DNA of 64,000 nt from positions 168 through 64,167 of the forward strand of contig DATFKK010000145.1 of the NCBI GenBank assembly GCA_035268685.1. Reading direction: 5' to 3'. Below the pieces are notes generated by a model. It was not told the DNA's origin and did not search any database. It saw only the letters and a list, made by a program, of their open reading frames with translations. Both the position numbers and the translations under genes were made by a program. Of the stretch, positions 1 through 11,086 are shown in pieces; the first letter of the stretch is position 1; each line of letters opens with the position of its first letter. This DNA is from Candidatus Krumholzibacteriia bacterium. Its GTDB lineage: Bacteria; Krumholzibacteriota; Krumholzibacteriia; JAJRXK01.

Positions 1-303
1 GGAGGTGGGGGAGCGGGCAACGACTTCGTGGCCTTCGACACCAAGCCCGAGATCGTGAACTTCGTGAACCCCGAGTACTCGGAGTTCGCGCGGGAGGCCG
101 GACTGGAGGGTCTGGTGATGGTCGACGTGCTCGTCGGCACCAACGGTCGGGTGAAGGCCACGCGGATCTCCAAGAGCGTGCACCCCGTGCTCGACCAGGC
201 GGCGATCCAGGCCGCGCAGCGCGCGACCTTCACGCCGGGCAAGCAGCGTGACATCCCGGTCGAGGTCTGGGTCACGTTGCCGTACAATTTCACGCTGTTC
301 TAG
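1..303 (+). CDS. TonB C-terminal domain protein (5' partial, continues upstream of the window)
   Basis: Frame open from the window edge. Translation VNPEYSEFAREAGLEGLVMVDVLVGTNGRVKATRISKSVHPVLDQAAIQAAQRATFTPGKQRDIPVEVWVTLPYNF matches the TonB C-terminal fold pattern (YP...A...G..G.V.V...V...G.V). Confidence 0.7.
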   Translation, partial: GGGGAGNDFVAFDTKPEIVNFVNPEYSEFAREAGLEGLVMVDVLVGTNGRVKATRISKSVHPVLDQAAIQAAQRATFTPGKQRDIPVEVWVTLPYNFTLF

Positions 304-335
304 ACCGATCGGCCGGAGATCCGAATCCCTGGCTC

Positions 336-361
336 ACGCCGGCTCCCGCTCGGAGCCGGCG
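336..361 (+). terminator. GC-rich hairpin (CCGGCTCC-loop-GGAGCCGG) downstream of the tonB-like gene; putative terminator
   Basis: 8-bp perfect inverted repeat followed by a gtgtgcgtttc tract. Seen directly in the sequence. Confidence 0.3.
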
Positions 362-517
362 TGTGCGTTTCGGGCGGTGTCGGCGTCCGATCGCCGTCAT
401 CCGTCGAACCCTGTAACCCGAGCGCGTGTCCCGCGTAGAGCACAACAGTGTCCGGGCACCGAACCGGCCCGGCGGTCCCGGTGAGTCCGGGTGACCGAAT
501 CCCAAGGGGAGGCTTTC

Positions 518-2029
518 ATGCAGTCCGTTCGCAACCGAGGCTCGTGGCTCGGAATCGTCCTCACGTTGGCCGTGGTGGCCACCGCGCTCCTGCCCGGCGT
601 CGCGGCCGCGCAGCTCGAGGACAAGCTCGATGCGCTCGAGGACGCCCTGGAAGCCGTCTACGACGGTAAGCCGGCGACTCTCGAGGAGTGCATCCGCGCA
701 GCGGAAGTCGGCTCGGTCGTGCTGGGTGGCTTCGAGGAGGACGTCCTCACCGCGAAGACCGACAAGCTGGCCGCGCTCATGCAGTGGCTCCCCGACCTCG
801 GCGTGAGCGCGTCGTACCAGGAGAGCGAGCGGACGGAACTCGACCAGGTGGTCACGCGACCGGAGCTGGTGCCCTTTCCCTTCGTCGACGCGCAGGGCAA
901 CCCCCTGATCGTGACCGTCGGCGGGGACACGCTCAGTACGATCACCCAGGTGCGCACCGACCAGGTCCGCGACGCCACGATCGATCAGACCTTCGAGAGC
1001 CAGTCGATCTCGTCGAACTGGACCGTCTTCAACGGCTTCGACCGGATCGCCGAGCGCTCGCAGGCCAGTGCCAACTACGAAGCCAGCGTGGCGACTCTCG
1101 ACTACCAGCGCGACGTCCTGCGCGAAGACGTCACGAACGCCTTCTACGACTACATCCGTGCCCAGCAGAGGGTGCAGGTCGCCATCGACGCCCAGGAGCT
1201 GGCCTTGCGGGAGCTCGAGCGGACCGAGACCTACTTCGAACTCGGCATCTCGACGCGGAGCGACGTACTGCAGGCGAAGGTCCGCCACCAGCAGACCAAG
1301 CTCGACGTGGTGCGCGAGCGGAACGGGGAGCGCAATGCCTTCCTGGTCCTGGCCCACGCAATGAACATCCCCGGCGCGCGCACCTTCGAGGTCGAGAGCG
1401 ATCTCCCGGCCGTCTCCCGGATCGAGGTCCCGCCCGTGGACACCCTGCTCGCGACCGCCCGGCAGCAGCGGCTGGACCTGGCCGCAGCCGAGTACCGCCT
1501 CGAGGCCAGCCGGGCCGGCGTGACACGGGCCCGGGCGGGATACTGGCCCTCGGTGCAGATCTTCGCCCAGTACTCGCGCAGCGAGTCGGAGACGCCGTTC
1601 CGTTTCGGTGCGCAGGAGAACACGCAGTTCTCCTACGGCATCCAGGGTCAGTGGCAGATCTTCGACCGTTGGCGAACGCAGCAACGAACGCGCAATGCGG
1701 TGGCGCAGCGGCGGCGGTCCGAGTACCAGGTCCGGCAGCAGCAGTTGAACGTGGAGCTCGAGGTCGTGAACCTCTGGAACAACCTGACCGAGGCGATCGA
1801 AACGCACGAGGTGTCGTCGGTCGCGGTGGAGCAGTCCACGGAGGACCTGCGGCTGGCCAACGAGCGCTTCGAGGTGGGAGCGGGGACCCAGTTGGACGTG
1901 ATCACCGCGCAGGTGAACCTGGCCCAGGCCCGCCGCGATCGGGTGGACGCGCAGGTCAACGCGATCAAGTTCCGCCGGCAGCTCGACCGGGCCACGGGAG
2001 CGTCGGCCGTGGCGGCGCGCCAGGAGTAG
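518..2029 (+). CDS. tolC: TolC-family outer-membrane efflux protein
   Basis: About 500 aa with a signal peptide ([22 protein letters not shown]) and two repeats of the TolC coiled-coil/beta architecture. RBS AAGGGGAGG lies 6 nt before ATG 518; an alternative GTG is at 491. Confidence 0.8.
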   Translation: MQSVRNRGSWLGIVLTLAVVATALLPGVAAAQLEDKLDALEDALEAVYDGKPATLEECIRAAEVGSVVLGGFEEDVLTAKTDKLAALMQWLPDLGVSASYQESERTELDQVVTRPELVPFPFVDAQGNPLIVTVGGDTLSTITQVRTDQVRDATIDQTFESQSISSNWTVFNGFDRIAERSQASANYEASVATLDYQRDVLREDVTNAFYDYIRAQQRVQVAIDAQELALRELERTETYFELGISTRSDVLQAKVRHQQTKLDVVRERNGERNAFLVLAHAMNIPGARTFEVESDLPAVSRIEVPPVDTLLATARQQRLDLAAAEYRLEASRAGVTRARAGYWPSVQIFAQYSRSESETPFRFGAQENTQFSYGIQGQWQIFDRWRTQQRTRNAVAQRRRSEYQVRQQQLNVELEVVNLWNNLTEAIETHEVSSVAVEQSTEDLRLANERFEVGAGTQLDVITAQVNLAQARRDRVDAQVNAIKFRRQLDRATGASAVAARQE

Positions 2030-2035
2030 GACACG

Positions 2036-2718
<683 letters not shown>

Positions 2719-2731
2719 AGCCTTGGACACC

Positions 2732-4066
2732 ATGATCGGTCGTGCGATCCCGCCGAGTCCTCCTCGTACCGCCGGGGTGGTGGCGGTCGCGCTCGTGCTC
2801 CTGCTGGGCGGGTGTTCAGGTGCGCCGGGTCCGGTGCCGGGGATGGACGACGACCCCTGGTTCGAGGCCGACGTCCTGGCCGGGCTCGACGAAGAGGGGC
2901 GACCACGGGCGACGGTGACCGTCTCCATTCCGTATCGACGCATGGTCTTCTTCCGTGAGGACCAGGGATACGTCTCGCACTACCGTTTGCGAGCGATCCA
3001 GCGGGTCGCCGGCGAGGCCGTGCAGTTGCGCGAGTGGGGTGGCACCGCCTACGCGGAGGACTTCGACGAGACCCGGAAGTCGAAGGTCTTGCGCCGGACG
3101 GTCGGCATGGCACTGCGCCGGGTCGAGGGCGCGGCACCGGGTGCGCAGGTGATCGAGGTCCAGGTCGCGATCGACGGCACACGTCGTCGCGCCCGGCGCA
3201 CGATCGGGCTCGAGACCGCGGGTTTCCGCAGCGGGGGGCTGACACTGGGGCATCCCACCCTCTACCGGCAACAGGATGCCCTCGAGGAGATCCCCACGGC
3301 CTTCGAGGTCATGGGCCACGCCATGCCCGACCCCGCGGTCTTCGACCGTCACGAGCGCGGCCCCTTCGACCTGGCCACGGGCCCGCCGTGGATGCTGCTG
3401 CGGATCTTCGACCTGCGCCGTGACGTTCCCGATTCCACCTACCTCGTGACGGTTCGGGTGGTGAACGAGGACACCGCCACCTCGCGCTGGCGGCAGACCT
3501 TCGAGATCCCCCGGGCGGGCAGCGAGACCGGAGCACTGGTGCGCGTTCCGGGATCGGGACTGGCCTTCGGGGGCAACCGGGTCCGCGTGTCCCTGCCGGG
3601 AACGGACGGCGTCGAGGTCGAGATCGAGAACCGCGGACTCGATCTGACCGACGGTCGCAGCTGGGAGGCCAACCTCGAGCGTATCGAGATCATCGCCGCC
3701 CGTGACGAACTCGAGCGTCTGCGCGACGCGTCGGTGGGCGGGCGCGTCGCACGCTGGCGCGCGTTCTGGCAGCGTCGCGATCCCGTTCCTTCGACCGAGC
3801 GCAACGAAGCCCTCGAGGAGCACCACCGTCGGGTCGCCTACGCGCGGGCCAACCTGCGCGACGGATTCCGCGACGGCGCTCTCAGCGACCGGGGACGGAT
3901 CTGGCTGTTGCACGGCCCCCCCCAGACCATCGAGAGCTCGGCTCCGGGGTTCGATTCGAACGAGCGCTTCGAGGTGTGGCGCTACCGTGAACTCGGTCTC
4001 CTGTATTACTTCCGCGACACCGACGGCTTCGGGACCTACCGGCTCGTGTGGCGCGAGGCGATCTGA
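2732..4066 (+). CDS. Lipoprotein, GWxTD-family-like (motif degenerate)
   Basis: Lipobox LLLGGCSG after a charged N-terminus. C-terminal DRGRIWLLHGPPQ...FEVWRY...YYFRDTDGFGTYRLVW resembles the GWxTD domain, but the GWxTD motif itself reads ALSDRG. High GC3 codon usage. Confidence 0.6.
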   Translation: MIGRAIPPSPPRTAGVVAVALVLLLGGCSGAPGPVPGMDDDPWFEADVLAGLDEEGRPRATVTVSIPYRRMVFFREDQGYVSHYRLRAIQRVAGEAVQLREWGGTAYAEDFDETRKSKVLRRTVGMALRRVEGAAPGAQVIEVQVAIDGTRRRARRTIGLETAGFRSGGLTLGHPTLYRQQDALEEIPTAFEVMGHAMPDPAVFDRHERGPFDLATGPPWMLLRIFDLRRDVPDSTYLVTVRVVNEDTATSRWRQTFEIPRAGSETGALVRVPGSGLAFGGNRVRVSLPGTDGVEVEIENRGLDLTDGRSWEANLERIEIIAARDELERLRDASVGGRVARWRAFWQRRDPVPSTERNEALEEHHRRVAYARANLRDGFRDGALSDRGRIWLLHGPPQTIESSAPGFDSNERFEVWRYRELGLLYYFRDTDGFGTYRLVWREAI

Positions 4067-4079
4067 GGGGCGATCCGGC

Positions 4080-5075
4080 ATGATCGATTCCGATCTCCGC
4101 GAAGATCTGGTGTCGGCGGCGCGCGCAAGCGACGTCGACTGGAAGAACGCCTGGATCGGAGTCGGACCGGGCGGCGGGATCGTTGCCCATCCGGACACCG
4201 CTGCCCGGGCCGTAGGTGTTCCTGCCCTCGAACCACACGGTCCGTTGCGTCTGACGAGTGTCCTCGAGCCCGTGCGCGGTGAGCCGGCACACCGCGCCGA
4301 GACGATCAGCGAGGTGCGGGGCGGCGAGCACCTGCTCGGCCTGCTACGCCGTGGCGACTGGTGGTTGGTCGCCGGAGAGGACGACTACATCGGCTGGGTG
4401 CACCGCTGGGTGCTCGAGGAGGACACCGAGGCGGAGCGCGCGGCGATCGAGGGGCGCTGGATCGGTCGCTACGCCGAGCCCCTCGGGACACTGTGGATCT
4501 CGGACACCTTCGCTGCGGTCCCGCTGGTCCTGGGCACGCCGCTCCTGCGGGTCGACGCCGACACGGCCACGCGCGGCGACTGGCGCCTGGTCTCGACCGT
4601 GCACGGTCACGAGGGCTGGATCCCGGCCCGGAGTGTCGAGACGGCGGTGCGCGCCGATCCCCGCGGTGTCCTGCGTCATGCCCGCATGCTCACCGGGACT
4701 CCCTACCGCTGGGGCGGACGCAGTCCCCTGGGCTTCGACTGCAGCGGTTTCGTGCAGATGCTGTTCGCCCTGGCCGGAGTCGCCCTGCCGCGGGACGCCT
4801 CCCAGCAGCAGCACACGGGCCGGCCGGTCGATCCCGAGCCCACGGCCTGGAGTGCGGGAGATCTGCTGTTCTTCGGGGATCCGGCCGACCACCTGGGGAT
4901 CCACGACGGCCGCGGTGGCATGATCCACTGCCGGGGATCGGTGCGTCGCGACCCACTGCGCGAGATCGCCCCGCTGATGGAGCGGTTGTCCGCAGTTCGG
5001 CGTCCGGACCTCGGCGGAACCGGTCCGCGCCCGACGCTGTGGCGGAGGACGCCGACGGATCGCCGTCCTTCGTAG
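4080..5075 (+). CDS. NlpC/P60 (C40) cell-wall peptidase with N-terminal SH3-like region
   Basis: Catalytic Cys in GFDCSGFVQ and His in HLGIHDG; WLV/WRLV SH3b-like segments upstream. ATG at 4080 just after the previous stop. Confidence 0.85.
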   Translation: MIDSDLREDLVSAARASDVDWKNAWIGVGPGGGIVAHPDTAARAVGVPALEPHGPLRLTSVLEPVRGEPAHRAETISEVRGGEHLLGLLRRGDWWLVAGEDDYIGWVHRWVLEEDTEAERAAIEGRWIGRYAEPLGTLWISDTFAAVPLVLGTPLLRVDADTATRGDWRLVSTVHGHEGWIPARSVETAVRADPRGVLRHARMLTGTPYRWGGRSPLGFDCSGFVQMLFALAGVALPRDASQQQHTGRPVDPEPTAWSAGDLLFFGDPADHLGIHDGRGGMIHCRGSVRRDPLREIAPLMERLSAVRRPDLGGTGPRPTLWRRTPTDRRPS

Positions 5076-5198
5076 TGGCTCGGAAGGCCCGACACCGTCG
5101 TGCCCGTGTCCGGTCGCCGACCGAACCCGGGAGCGGGAACGTTGCTTGCGGTGACCGGGAGCCAAAGGCTCTCCCCGGCGCCCGGATCGTGAATTCTG

Positions 5199-6425
5199 GT
5201 GTACTTCTTCTACTACTACCCCGTCGGTGTCGACGTCCCGCGGGCGCGTCCGGCGTGGATCACCTGGGCGTTGATGACGACCATGGTCGTGGTGCACGTC
5301 CTGGCGCATCCGCTGCGTGACCTGACCGACGTCTCGTGGTGGAGCTACGCCTACCGGCCCGCCGAGATGGACCTGCTGACGCCGGCCACGGCGATCTTCC
5401 TGCACGGTGGCTGGATCCACCTCCTCGGCAATGCGCTCTACCTGTGGGTGTTCGGTCCGGCGCTCGAGCGGGTGCTCGGGCGTCTGGGCTTCCTGCTACT
5501 CTTCGTCGGAACGGGCTATCTGGCGAGCCTGTCGCACGGTGCGGTCGTGATGAACCTGGCGCCGCAGGCGGCCTGGGGAGCCCTCGTCGGGGCCAGTGGT
5601 GCGATCAGCGGCCTGCTCGGTCTGTTCCTGCTGCGGTTCCCGTGGGGACGCGTGAGGATCGCGTGGTGGGCCTTCATGCCGCTGCAGGCCGTCAACCGGG
5701 CCGGTGTGGCGACGCTGCCGTCGGTGGTCGCGGTCCTGCTCTGGGTCCTGCTGCAGGTGGTCATGGCGATGGTCAGTGGTCCCGCCGGGGGAACGAGCTA
5801 CGGGGCACACCTCGGCGGGCTCGCCACCGGACTGATCATGGGTCTTGCCCTCGGCCTGCCGTGGCGCGCGTCGACCGAGCGATGGTTGGTGAAGGGGCGA
5901 CGCCATCTGGAGCGCGGCGAGTCGCACGCCGCAGTGGGTTCACTGCTTCGCTACGTCGAGACGATGCCCCACGACGAGGAAGCCCGCCTGGAACTCGCGA
6001 GGGCGCTTCGGGTGGCGCGTGACGTGGTGGGGTCGTCGCGAGAGTACCGGACGGTGGTGGACGCCGCCCTGGCCGAGGACCGTCTGCAGGTCGCCTGCGA
6101 CGCCTACGGGGAAGCCCGGCGCGGGGACCCGGTCTTCCACCTCTCGTTGTACGAGCAGAAGCGGATCGCGCACTTCCTCGAGAAGCTCGGACGTGAACGC
6201 GAGGCGGTGACCGCCTACCTCGACCTGCACCGTTTCCACCGCGATCATCCCGAGGCGGTGCACGGACTGGTGCGTGCGGCGACGATCCTGGTCACGCGTC
6301 TGCACCGGACCGACGAAGGTCTCGAACTCTTCGAGCAGGCGCGTCGGGACTTCCCCGATCATCCGTTGCAGGCCTGGCTGGAGCAGGAGCGCCGCCAGCT
6401 CCGCCGGCGGAGCGCAGCCGCCTGA
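5199..6425 (+). CDS. Rhomboid-family intramembrane serine protease with C-terminal TPR-like domain
   Basis: Multi-TM N-terminal half with the rhomboid GxSG motif (GASGAISGLLG) and catalytic His (YGAHLGGLATG). The C-terminal roughly 180 aa is helical-repeat-like. Confidence 0.8.
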   Translation: MYFFYYYPVGVDVPRARPAWITWALMTTMVVVHVLAHPLRDLTDVSWWSYAYRPAEMDLLTPATAIFLHGGWIHLLGNALYLWVFGPALERVLGRLGFLLLFVGTGYLASLSHGAVVMNLAPQAAWGALVGASGAISGLLGLFLLRFPWGRVRIAWWAFMPLQAVNRAGVATLPSVVAVLLWVLLQVVMAMVSGPAGGTSYGAHLGGLATGLIMGLALGLPWRASTERWLVKGRRHLERGESHAAVGSLLRYVETMPHDEEARLELARALRVARDVVGSSREYRTVVDAALAEDRLQVACDAYGEARRGDPVFHLSLYEQKRIAHFLEKLGREREAVTAYLDLHRFHRDHPEAVHGLVRAATILVTRLHRTDEGLELFEQARRDFPDHPLQAWLEQERRQLRRRSAAA

Positions 6426-6432
6426 AACTCGG

Positions 6433-7635
6433 TCAGCGCTTGATGAGCTCCTGGTGCAGACTGGCCAGCCAGCCGCGCCCCTCGGCGTCGGGTACCAGGA
6501 ACGCACGGTGGCGCTGGCCGCCGAAGCTCGAGAGCGGGGGGCCCATGCGCTGCGCGACGTGGTCGATCGCCACCTGCACCCGCCGGCTCGCCACACCCCG
6601 GCCCACCAGGGTGACCCGTCGCTGTCGACGCTCGATCGAGAAGCGCAGGCCCGGCTCCTCGCGCAGGAAGTCCGACAACTGTTCGTGCAGCGTCGGTCCC
6701 TCGAGGTCGGGGAGGGTCAGCGTGAGGCACAGGCCGGTGCGCGAGTCGGTGGATTGCACGCAGCCGTCGATGCACAGGTCGGTGCGGTCGAGCAGGTGGA
6801 GCAGACGGGCGATGGTCCCCGTGTCCTGTGGCAAGGAGTCGACCGAGAGCACCGCCACGGGATGGCTGAGCACGATCATCCACACCGGTAGGTGGTTCAC
6901 GGCGGACTCGTCGCCGATGAAGGTGCTGTCGGACGTGCTGGTGATCCCGCGCACCTCGAGGGGCAGGCGATACGCACGGGCCTGCTCGAGCGACTGCGGG
7001 TGCAACAGTGCTGCTCCGGCCTCGGCCAGATCGATCATGGCGTCGTAGTCGAGCCGTTCGAGACGGTAGCTGAGCGACAGCATGCGTGGGTCGGCCGAGT
7101 GCACACCCTCGACGTGCCGGAAGAAGACCACGCGGTCGGCATGGTGGGCGTGACCCAGTGCGACGGCGGTGATGTCACTGCCGCCGCGTCCGAGCGTCGT
7201 GATCCGCCCGTCGCGTGTCTGTCCCTGGAAGCCGGCGACCACCGGGATCTCGCCCGCGGCCAGACTGGCCGCGACGGGTGAGGGATTCACGTCGAGGATC
7301 CGGGCGCGGCCGAAACAGGCGTCGGTGATCAGGCCGGCTTCGCCGCCACTGAACGACCGACCGGCGAGACCCCGCTGCTGCAGTGCCAGCGCCATGAGTG
7401 CCGCCACCTGCGACTCGCCGGTGGCAAGGAGCCGGTCGAGCTCCTCGCCGGGGGCCTCGGGATGGAGGCGCCGGGCCAGGGCCAGTAGCTGGTCGGTCGC
7501 CCCACCCATGGCCGACACCACCACGATCACCTTGAGACCGGCGCGCGTGACCTCGGAGACACGGGCCGCGGCGGTCTCGATCTGATCACCACCGGCGAGA
7601 GATGAACCACCGAACTTCAGGACGCGTACCCGCAA
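6433..7635 (-). CDS. lysC: Aspartate kinase
   Basis: VRVLKFGGSSL...VVVSAMGGATDQL...ACT-like C-terminus. Start assigned to TTG at 7633-7635 with GGGGAGG RBS; the longer ORF to 7797 lacks an RBS and homology. Convergent with the rhomboid gene; the stop codons are 7 bp apart. Confidence 0.9.
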   Translation of the reverse strand: MRVRVLKFGGSSLAGGDQIETAAARVSEVTRAGLKVIVVVSAMGGATDQLLALARRLHPEAPGEELDRLLATGESQVAALMALALQQRGLAGRSFSGGEAGLITDACFGRARILDVNPSPVAASLAAGEIPVVAGFQGQTRDGRITTLGRGGSDITAVALGHAHHADRVVFFRHVEGVHSADPRMLSLSYRLERLDYDAMIDLAEAGAALLHPQSLEQARAYRLPLEVRGITSTSDSTFIGDESAVNHLPVWMIVLSHPVAVLSVDSLPQDTGTIARLLHLLDRTDLCIDGCVQSTDSRTGLCLTLTLPDLEGPTLHEQLSDFLREEPGLRFSIERRQRRVTLVGRGVASRRVQVAIDHVAQRMGPPLSSFGGQRHRAFLVPDAEGRGWLASLHQELIKR

Positions 7636-7752
7636 CCGCCTCGACCTCCCCGCCGCAGAACCCCGGATCACTCGGGACCGGAATCGACGCCGGTCGATCC
7701 ACCGACGCGGGCAAACAGTAGTCCAAACCCTGCCGCCTTGGCCAATTCCCGG

Positions 7753-7781
7753 TTGATGCGGTGGCCGAGCTCTGCTATGCT
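7753..7781 (+). promoter_or_regulatory. Putative sigma70-type promoter (TTGATG-N17-TATGCT) upstream of radC
   Basis: Hexamers with 17-nt spacing about 100 nt upstream of the radC ATG. Confidence 0.3.
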
Positions 7782-7879
7782 GCCGCCGCCGTGGCAACGT
7801 AGGTGCTTTGAGATCAACAGCTTAGGCAATCCATCCACATCCGGGGCCGCGGTGTGGGCCCGTCCTCCCTCGACGTGGC

Positions 7880-8554
7880 ATGCGCATGCACGAGCTGCCC
7901 CCGGACGAGCGTCCGCGGGAACGTTGCCATCGGCTCGGCGCCGGTTCCCTGTCCGCGGTGGAGCTGGTCGCCCTGGTTCTCGGAGGGGGGAGCGGCCGTG
8001 GCAGCACCCTTGCCCTGGCTCGGGGAGTCCTCCAGCGATTCGGAACGCTGCAGCGTCTGGCCCGGTGCGGACCGGCCGTCCTCGAGTCGCTCGACGGCAT
8101 CGGGGCGGCTCGCTCGGCGGCCCTCGCGGCGGCCTTCGAACTCGGCCGGCGCTCGGTGCGGCCCGAAGTGTCGGACGTGCGGACCATCGAAGGCCCGGAG
8201 GAGGCCCTGGCCCTGCTGGGACCGCTGCTGGAGGGGCTCGAACAGGAAGCCGTGGTGGTGTTGTGTCTGGGGGCCCGGCACCAGGCGCTACGCGCGACCA
8301 CGGTGGCCCTGGGCCAGATCAACTCGGCGGGCGTGCACCCGCGCGAGGTCTTCCGCGACGCGATCGCCGTCGGGGCGGTGGCGCTGATCCTGGCGCACAA
8401 CCACCCGTCCGGCGATCCGGAGCCGAGTGACGACGACGTCCGTCTCACCCGGCGGCTGCAGCGCTGCGGAGAGACACTGGGAATCGAGGTCCTCGATCAC
8501 CTCGTGGTCGGGGCCGGACGGTGGGTGAGTCTGCGGGAACGCCACCTTCTCTGA
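7880..8554 (+). CDS. radC: RadC-family JAB-domain protein
   Basis: N-terminal LPPDERPRERC and C-terminal JAMM motif HNHPSGDPEPSDDD. Confidence 0.9.
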   Translation: MRMHELPPDERPRERCHRLGAGSLSAVELVALVLGGGSGRGSTLALARGVLQRFGTLQRLARCGPAVLESLDGIGAARSAALAAAFELGRRSVRPEVSDVRTIEGPEEALALLGPLLEGLEQEAVVVLCLGARHQALRATTVALGQINSAGVHPREVFRDAIAVGAVALILAHNHPSGDPEPSDDDVRLTRRLQRCGETLGIEVLDHLVVGAGRWVSLRERHLL

Positions 8555-8638
8555 GGGGTAGGAGTTCCCGGGCGACAGGAGGGGCCCCGGACACGGGCCC
8601 GCGTGGGGTCAGCGCTCCAGCGAGGGAACGCGAAGCAA

Positions 8639-9703
8639 ATGTCCAAGGAAAACGGACAGCAGGCGGGTCTGTGGAACCGGTTCTCGAACCTGTTCAACAA
8701 CGACGTCGCGATCGATCTCGGGACGGCCAACACCCTGGTCTACATCAAGGGCAAGGGCATCGTCCTGAACGAGCCCAGCGTGGTGGCGGTCGACAAACAC
8801 ACCCGCAAGGTGCACGCGGTGGGTCACGCCGCGAAGGCCATGCTCGGCAAGACGCCCGACAAGATCGAGGCGATCCGTCCGCTGAAGGACGGTGTGATCG
8901 CCGACTTCGACGTGACCGAGCACATGCTGCGCGAGTTCATCCAGATGGCGCAGAGACGGCGGCACTTCATCGCGCCGCGGATCATCATCTGCGTTCCGAG
9001 CGGCATCACCGAGGTCGAGAAGCGCGCCGTGCGCGACTCGGCCAAGCACGCCGGCGCGCGCGAGGTCTTCCTGGTCGCCGAACCGATCGCCGCCGCGATC
9101 GGGGTGGGGCTACCCGTCGACCAGCCCAGCGGCAACATGATCATCGACATCGGCGGTGGCACGAGCGAGATCGCGGTGATCGCGTTGAACGGCATCGTCT
9201 GCGACACCTCGATCCGGGTGGGTGGGGACGAACTCGACGACGCGATCGTCAGCCACCTGAAGAAGAACTACAACCTGCTGATCGGCGACCAGACCGCCGA
9301 GATGATCAAGAAGGAGATCGGCAGCGCCTACAAGCTCGACGGCGAGCTCGAGATGGAGGTCAAGGGGCGCGACCTGGTCGCCGGGATCCCCAAGACGCTG
9401 CGCATCAGCAGCGAAGAGATTCGTCAGTCCCTGCAGGAGCCGCTGGCGCAGATGGTCGACGCGCTCAAGAGCGCGCTGGAGCAGACGCCTCCCGAGCTGG
9501 CGGCCGACATCGTCGACCGCGGGATCGTCATGACCGGTGGCGGTGCATTGCTGCGCAGTCTGCCCGAGCTGTTCCGCGAGGCCACCAACCTGCCGATCAA
9601 CACGGTCGACGATCCCCTGTTCTGCGTCGTCCTGGGTACGGGCAAGATCCTCGACAACATCACGGCCTACGAGGACGTGATCATGCACTCCGGCAAGGAC
9701 TGA
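8639..9703 (+). CDS. mreB: Rod shape-determining actin homolog MreB
   Basis: FSNDVAIDLGTANTLVY, actin-fold phosphate motifs, DIGGGTSEIAVI. ATG 8639 gives an MreB-typical N-terminus. Confidence 0.95.
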   Translation: MSKENGQQAGLWNRFSNLFNNDVAIDLGTANTLVYIKGKGIVLNEPSVVAVDKHTRKVHAVGHAAKAMLGKTPDKIEAIRPLKDGVIADFDVTEHMLREFIQMAQRRRHFIAPRIIICVPSGITEVEKRAVRDSAKHAGAREVFLVAEPIAAAIGVGLPVDQPSGNMIIDIGGGTSEIAVIALNGIVCDTSIRVGGDELDDAIVSHLKKNYNLLIGDQTAEMIKKEIGSAYKLDGELEMEVKGRDLVAGIPKTLRISSEEIRQSLQEPLAQMVDALKSALEQTPPELAADIVDRGIVMTGGGALLRSLPELFREATNLPINTVDDPLFCVVLGTGKILDNITAYEDVIMHSGKD

Positions 9704-9704
9704 G

Positions 9705-10583
9705 ATGGCCGAACGTCCGCAGGGCCTGCACCGCGTCGGCGACCGACTCGTGCTGACCGTGTGCATCCTGCTGTCGATCTGGATGATGACCTGGGACGAG
9801 TCCGACCGCGTGCGGCGGGGTGCCGCGTGGTTGCACGCCGTGGTCACGCCGATCGAGTGGACGAATCGATTCGTCGAGGACCTGCTCGAGCTCGAGCGTG
9901 AGAACGAGCGTCTGCGGGCGCGCGTGGCGGCCCTGGAACTCGACCTGGCGCACCTGGAACGCGGCCGCCTCCGGCTCGAGGAGCTGGAGACGCGGGCCGG
10001 CTTCTACGAACGCACGCGGGGCCGCCTGGCTCCGGGCGAGGTGCTCGAGCTGGTGGTGAGCCGCATTCCGGTCCAGGCGAAGATCAAGACCTTCGGGGCC
10101 GACAGTCTCGAGGTCTGGATGCCGGTCATCACGGAGAACGGCCTGGCGGGTCGGGTGCGGCAGGTCCTCGACCGCGATCTCGCGCTCGTGCAGCTGCTCA
10201 CCGAGGAGGACTCGCGGATCAGCGTCCGCGTGGCGCGGACCAACGTGACCGGCCTGCTCCGTCACGACGGGCGTCGTTTCTTCGTCGATCACGTGCCCCA
10301 GGGAGATCCGGTACGCGTGGGGGACGCCGTCGTCACCAGTGGTCTGGGCGGGACCGTTCCGGAGGGTCTGGCCGTGGGACGCGTGACCCGCGTGCGCTCG
10401 TCGCCCAGCGAACTCTTCCAGGAGATCGAGGTCGAGAGCGCCGTGCGCTTCAGTGCCCTGCGCCGGGTGTACGTGGTCACCCGTTCCGGCCCCTGGTACG
10501 CCGGCTTCGAGGGCACGGTCTCGTCCGTGCCCGACAGCCAGCGCGCGGCGCCCCGCGACACCAGTGCGGGGGCACGACGATGA
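9705..10583 (+). CDS. mreC: Rod shape-determining protein MreC
   Basis: N-terminal TM segment, coiled-coil LERENERLRARVAALELDL, C-terminal beta domain. Immediately follows mreB. Confidence 0.9.
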   Translation: MAERPQGLHRVGDRLVLTVCILLSIWMMTWDESDRVRRGAAWLHAVVTPIEWTNRFVEDLLELERENERLRARVAALELDLAHLERGRLRLEELETRAGFYERTRGRLAPGEVLELVVSRIPVQAKIKTFGADSLEVWMPVITENGLAGRVRQVLDRDLALVQLLTEEDSRISVRVARTNVTGLLRHDGRRFFVDHVPQGDPVRVGDAVVTSGLGGTVPEGLAVGRVTRVRSSPSELFQEIEVESAVRFSALRRVYVVTRSGPWYAGFEGTVSSVPDSQRAAPRDTSAGARR

Positions 10584-11086
10584 CCGGCATGCGTCTGATG
10601 GTGGCCGTGGCCATCACCCTGGTCGCACAGCTCGCCTTCGTGCCGAGGATCTCGATCGCCGGGATCACCCCGGACTTCGTGGTGCTGCTGGTGGTGCTCG
10701 TCGCTCTGCGGGCGGGCCCGTCGGGCGGTGCCGCGCTCGGATTCCTGGTGGGGCTGTTGCAGGGCATGCTCGCGCCCGAGACGCTCGGTCTCGATGCCCT
10801 GGCCAAGACGCTGGTGGGATGGGCGGTCGGGAAACTGTCGTCGTCGTTGGCCATCGAGGGCCCCGCGTTCTACTTCGGCCTGGTGGCGATGTCCGTGCTC
10901 GCCCACGACCTCGTCTACCTCGTCGGGCTCACCCAGCTCGACGTCGCCCGGTTCCTGGGACTGTTCGTGACCCACTCGATTCCCGCCGCCGTGTACACCG
11001 GTCTCGTGTCGCTCCTGATCGGGATGATCGCGAGGGCGGTCACCGGAGGAGTGCTGAACCGGACGGCGGAGGTGCGCCGTGGATGA
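10580..11086 (+). CDS. mreD: Rod shape-determining protein MreD
   Basis: Small polytopic membrane protein overlapping the mreC stop (ATGA). Confidence 0.85.
   Translation: MTGMRLMVAVAITLVAQLAFVPRISIAGITPDFVVLLVVLVALRAGPSGGAALGFLVGLLQGMLAPETLGLDALAKTLVGWAVGKLSSSLAIEGPAFYFGLVAMSVLAHDLVYLVGLTQLDVARFLGLFVTHSIPAAVYTGLVSLLIGMIARAVTGGVLNRTAEVRRG

Noticed and set aside
290-1807. 505-aa minus-strand ORF and the 688..2718 + ORF
   Set aside because: Shadow or alternate-frame ORFs over tolC. The 688 ORF shares its end with the ABC ATPase, whose homology begins exactly at GTG 2036.
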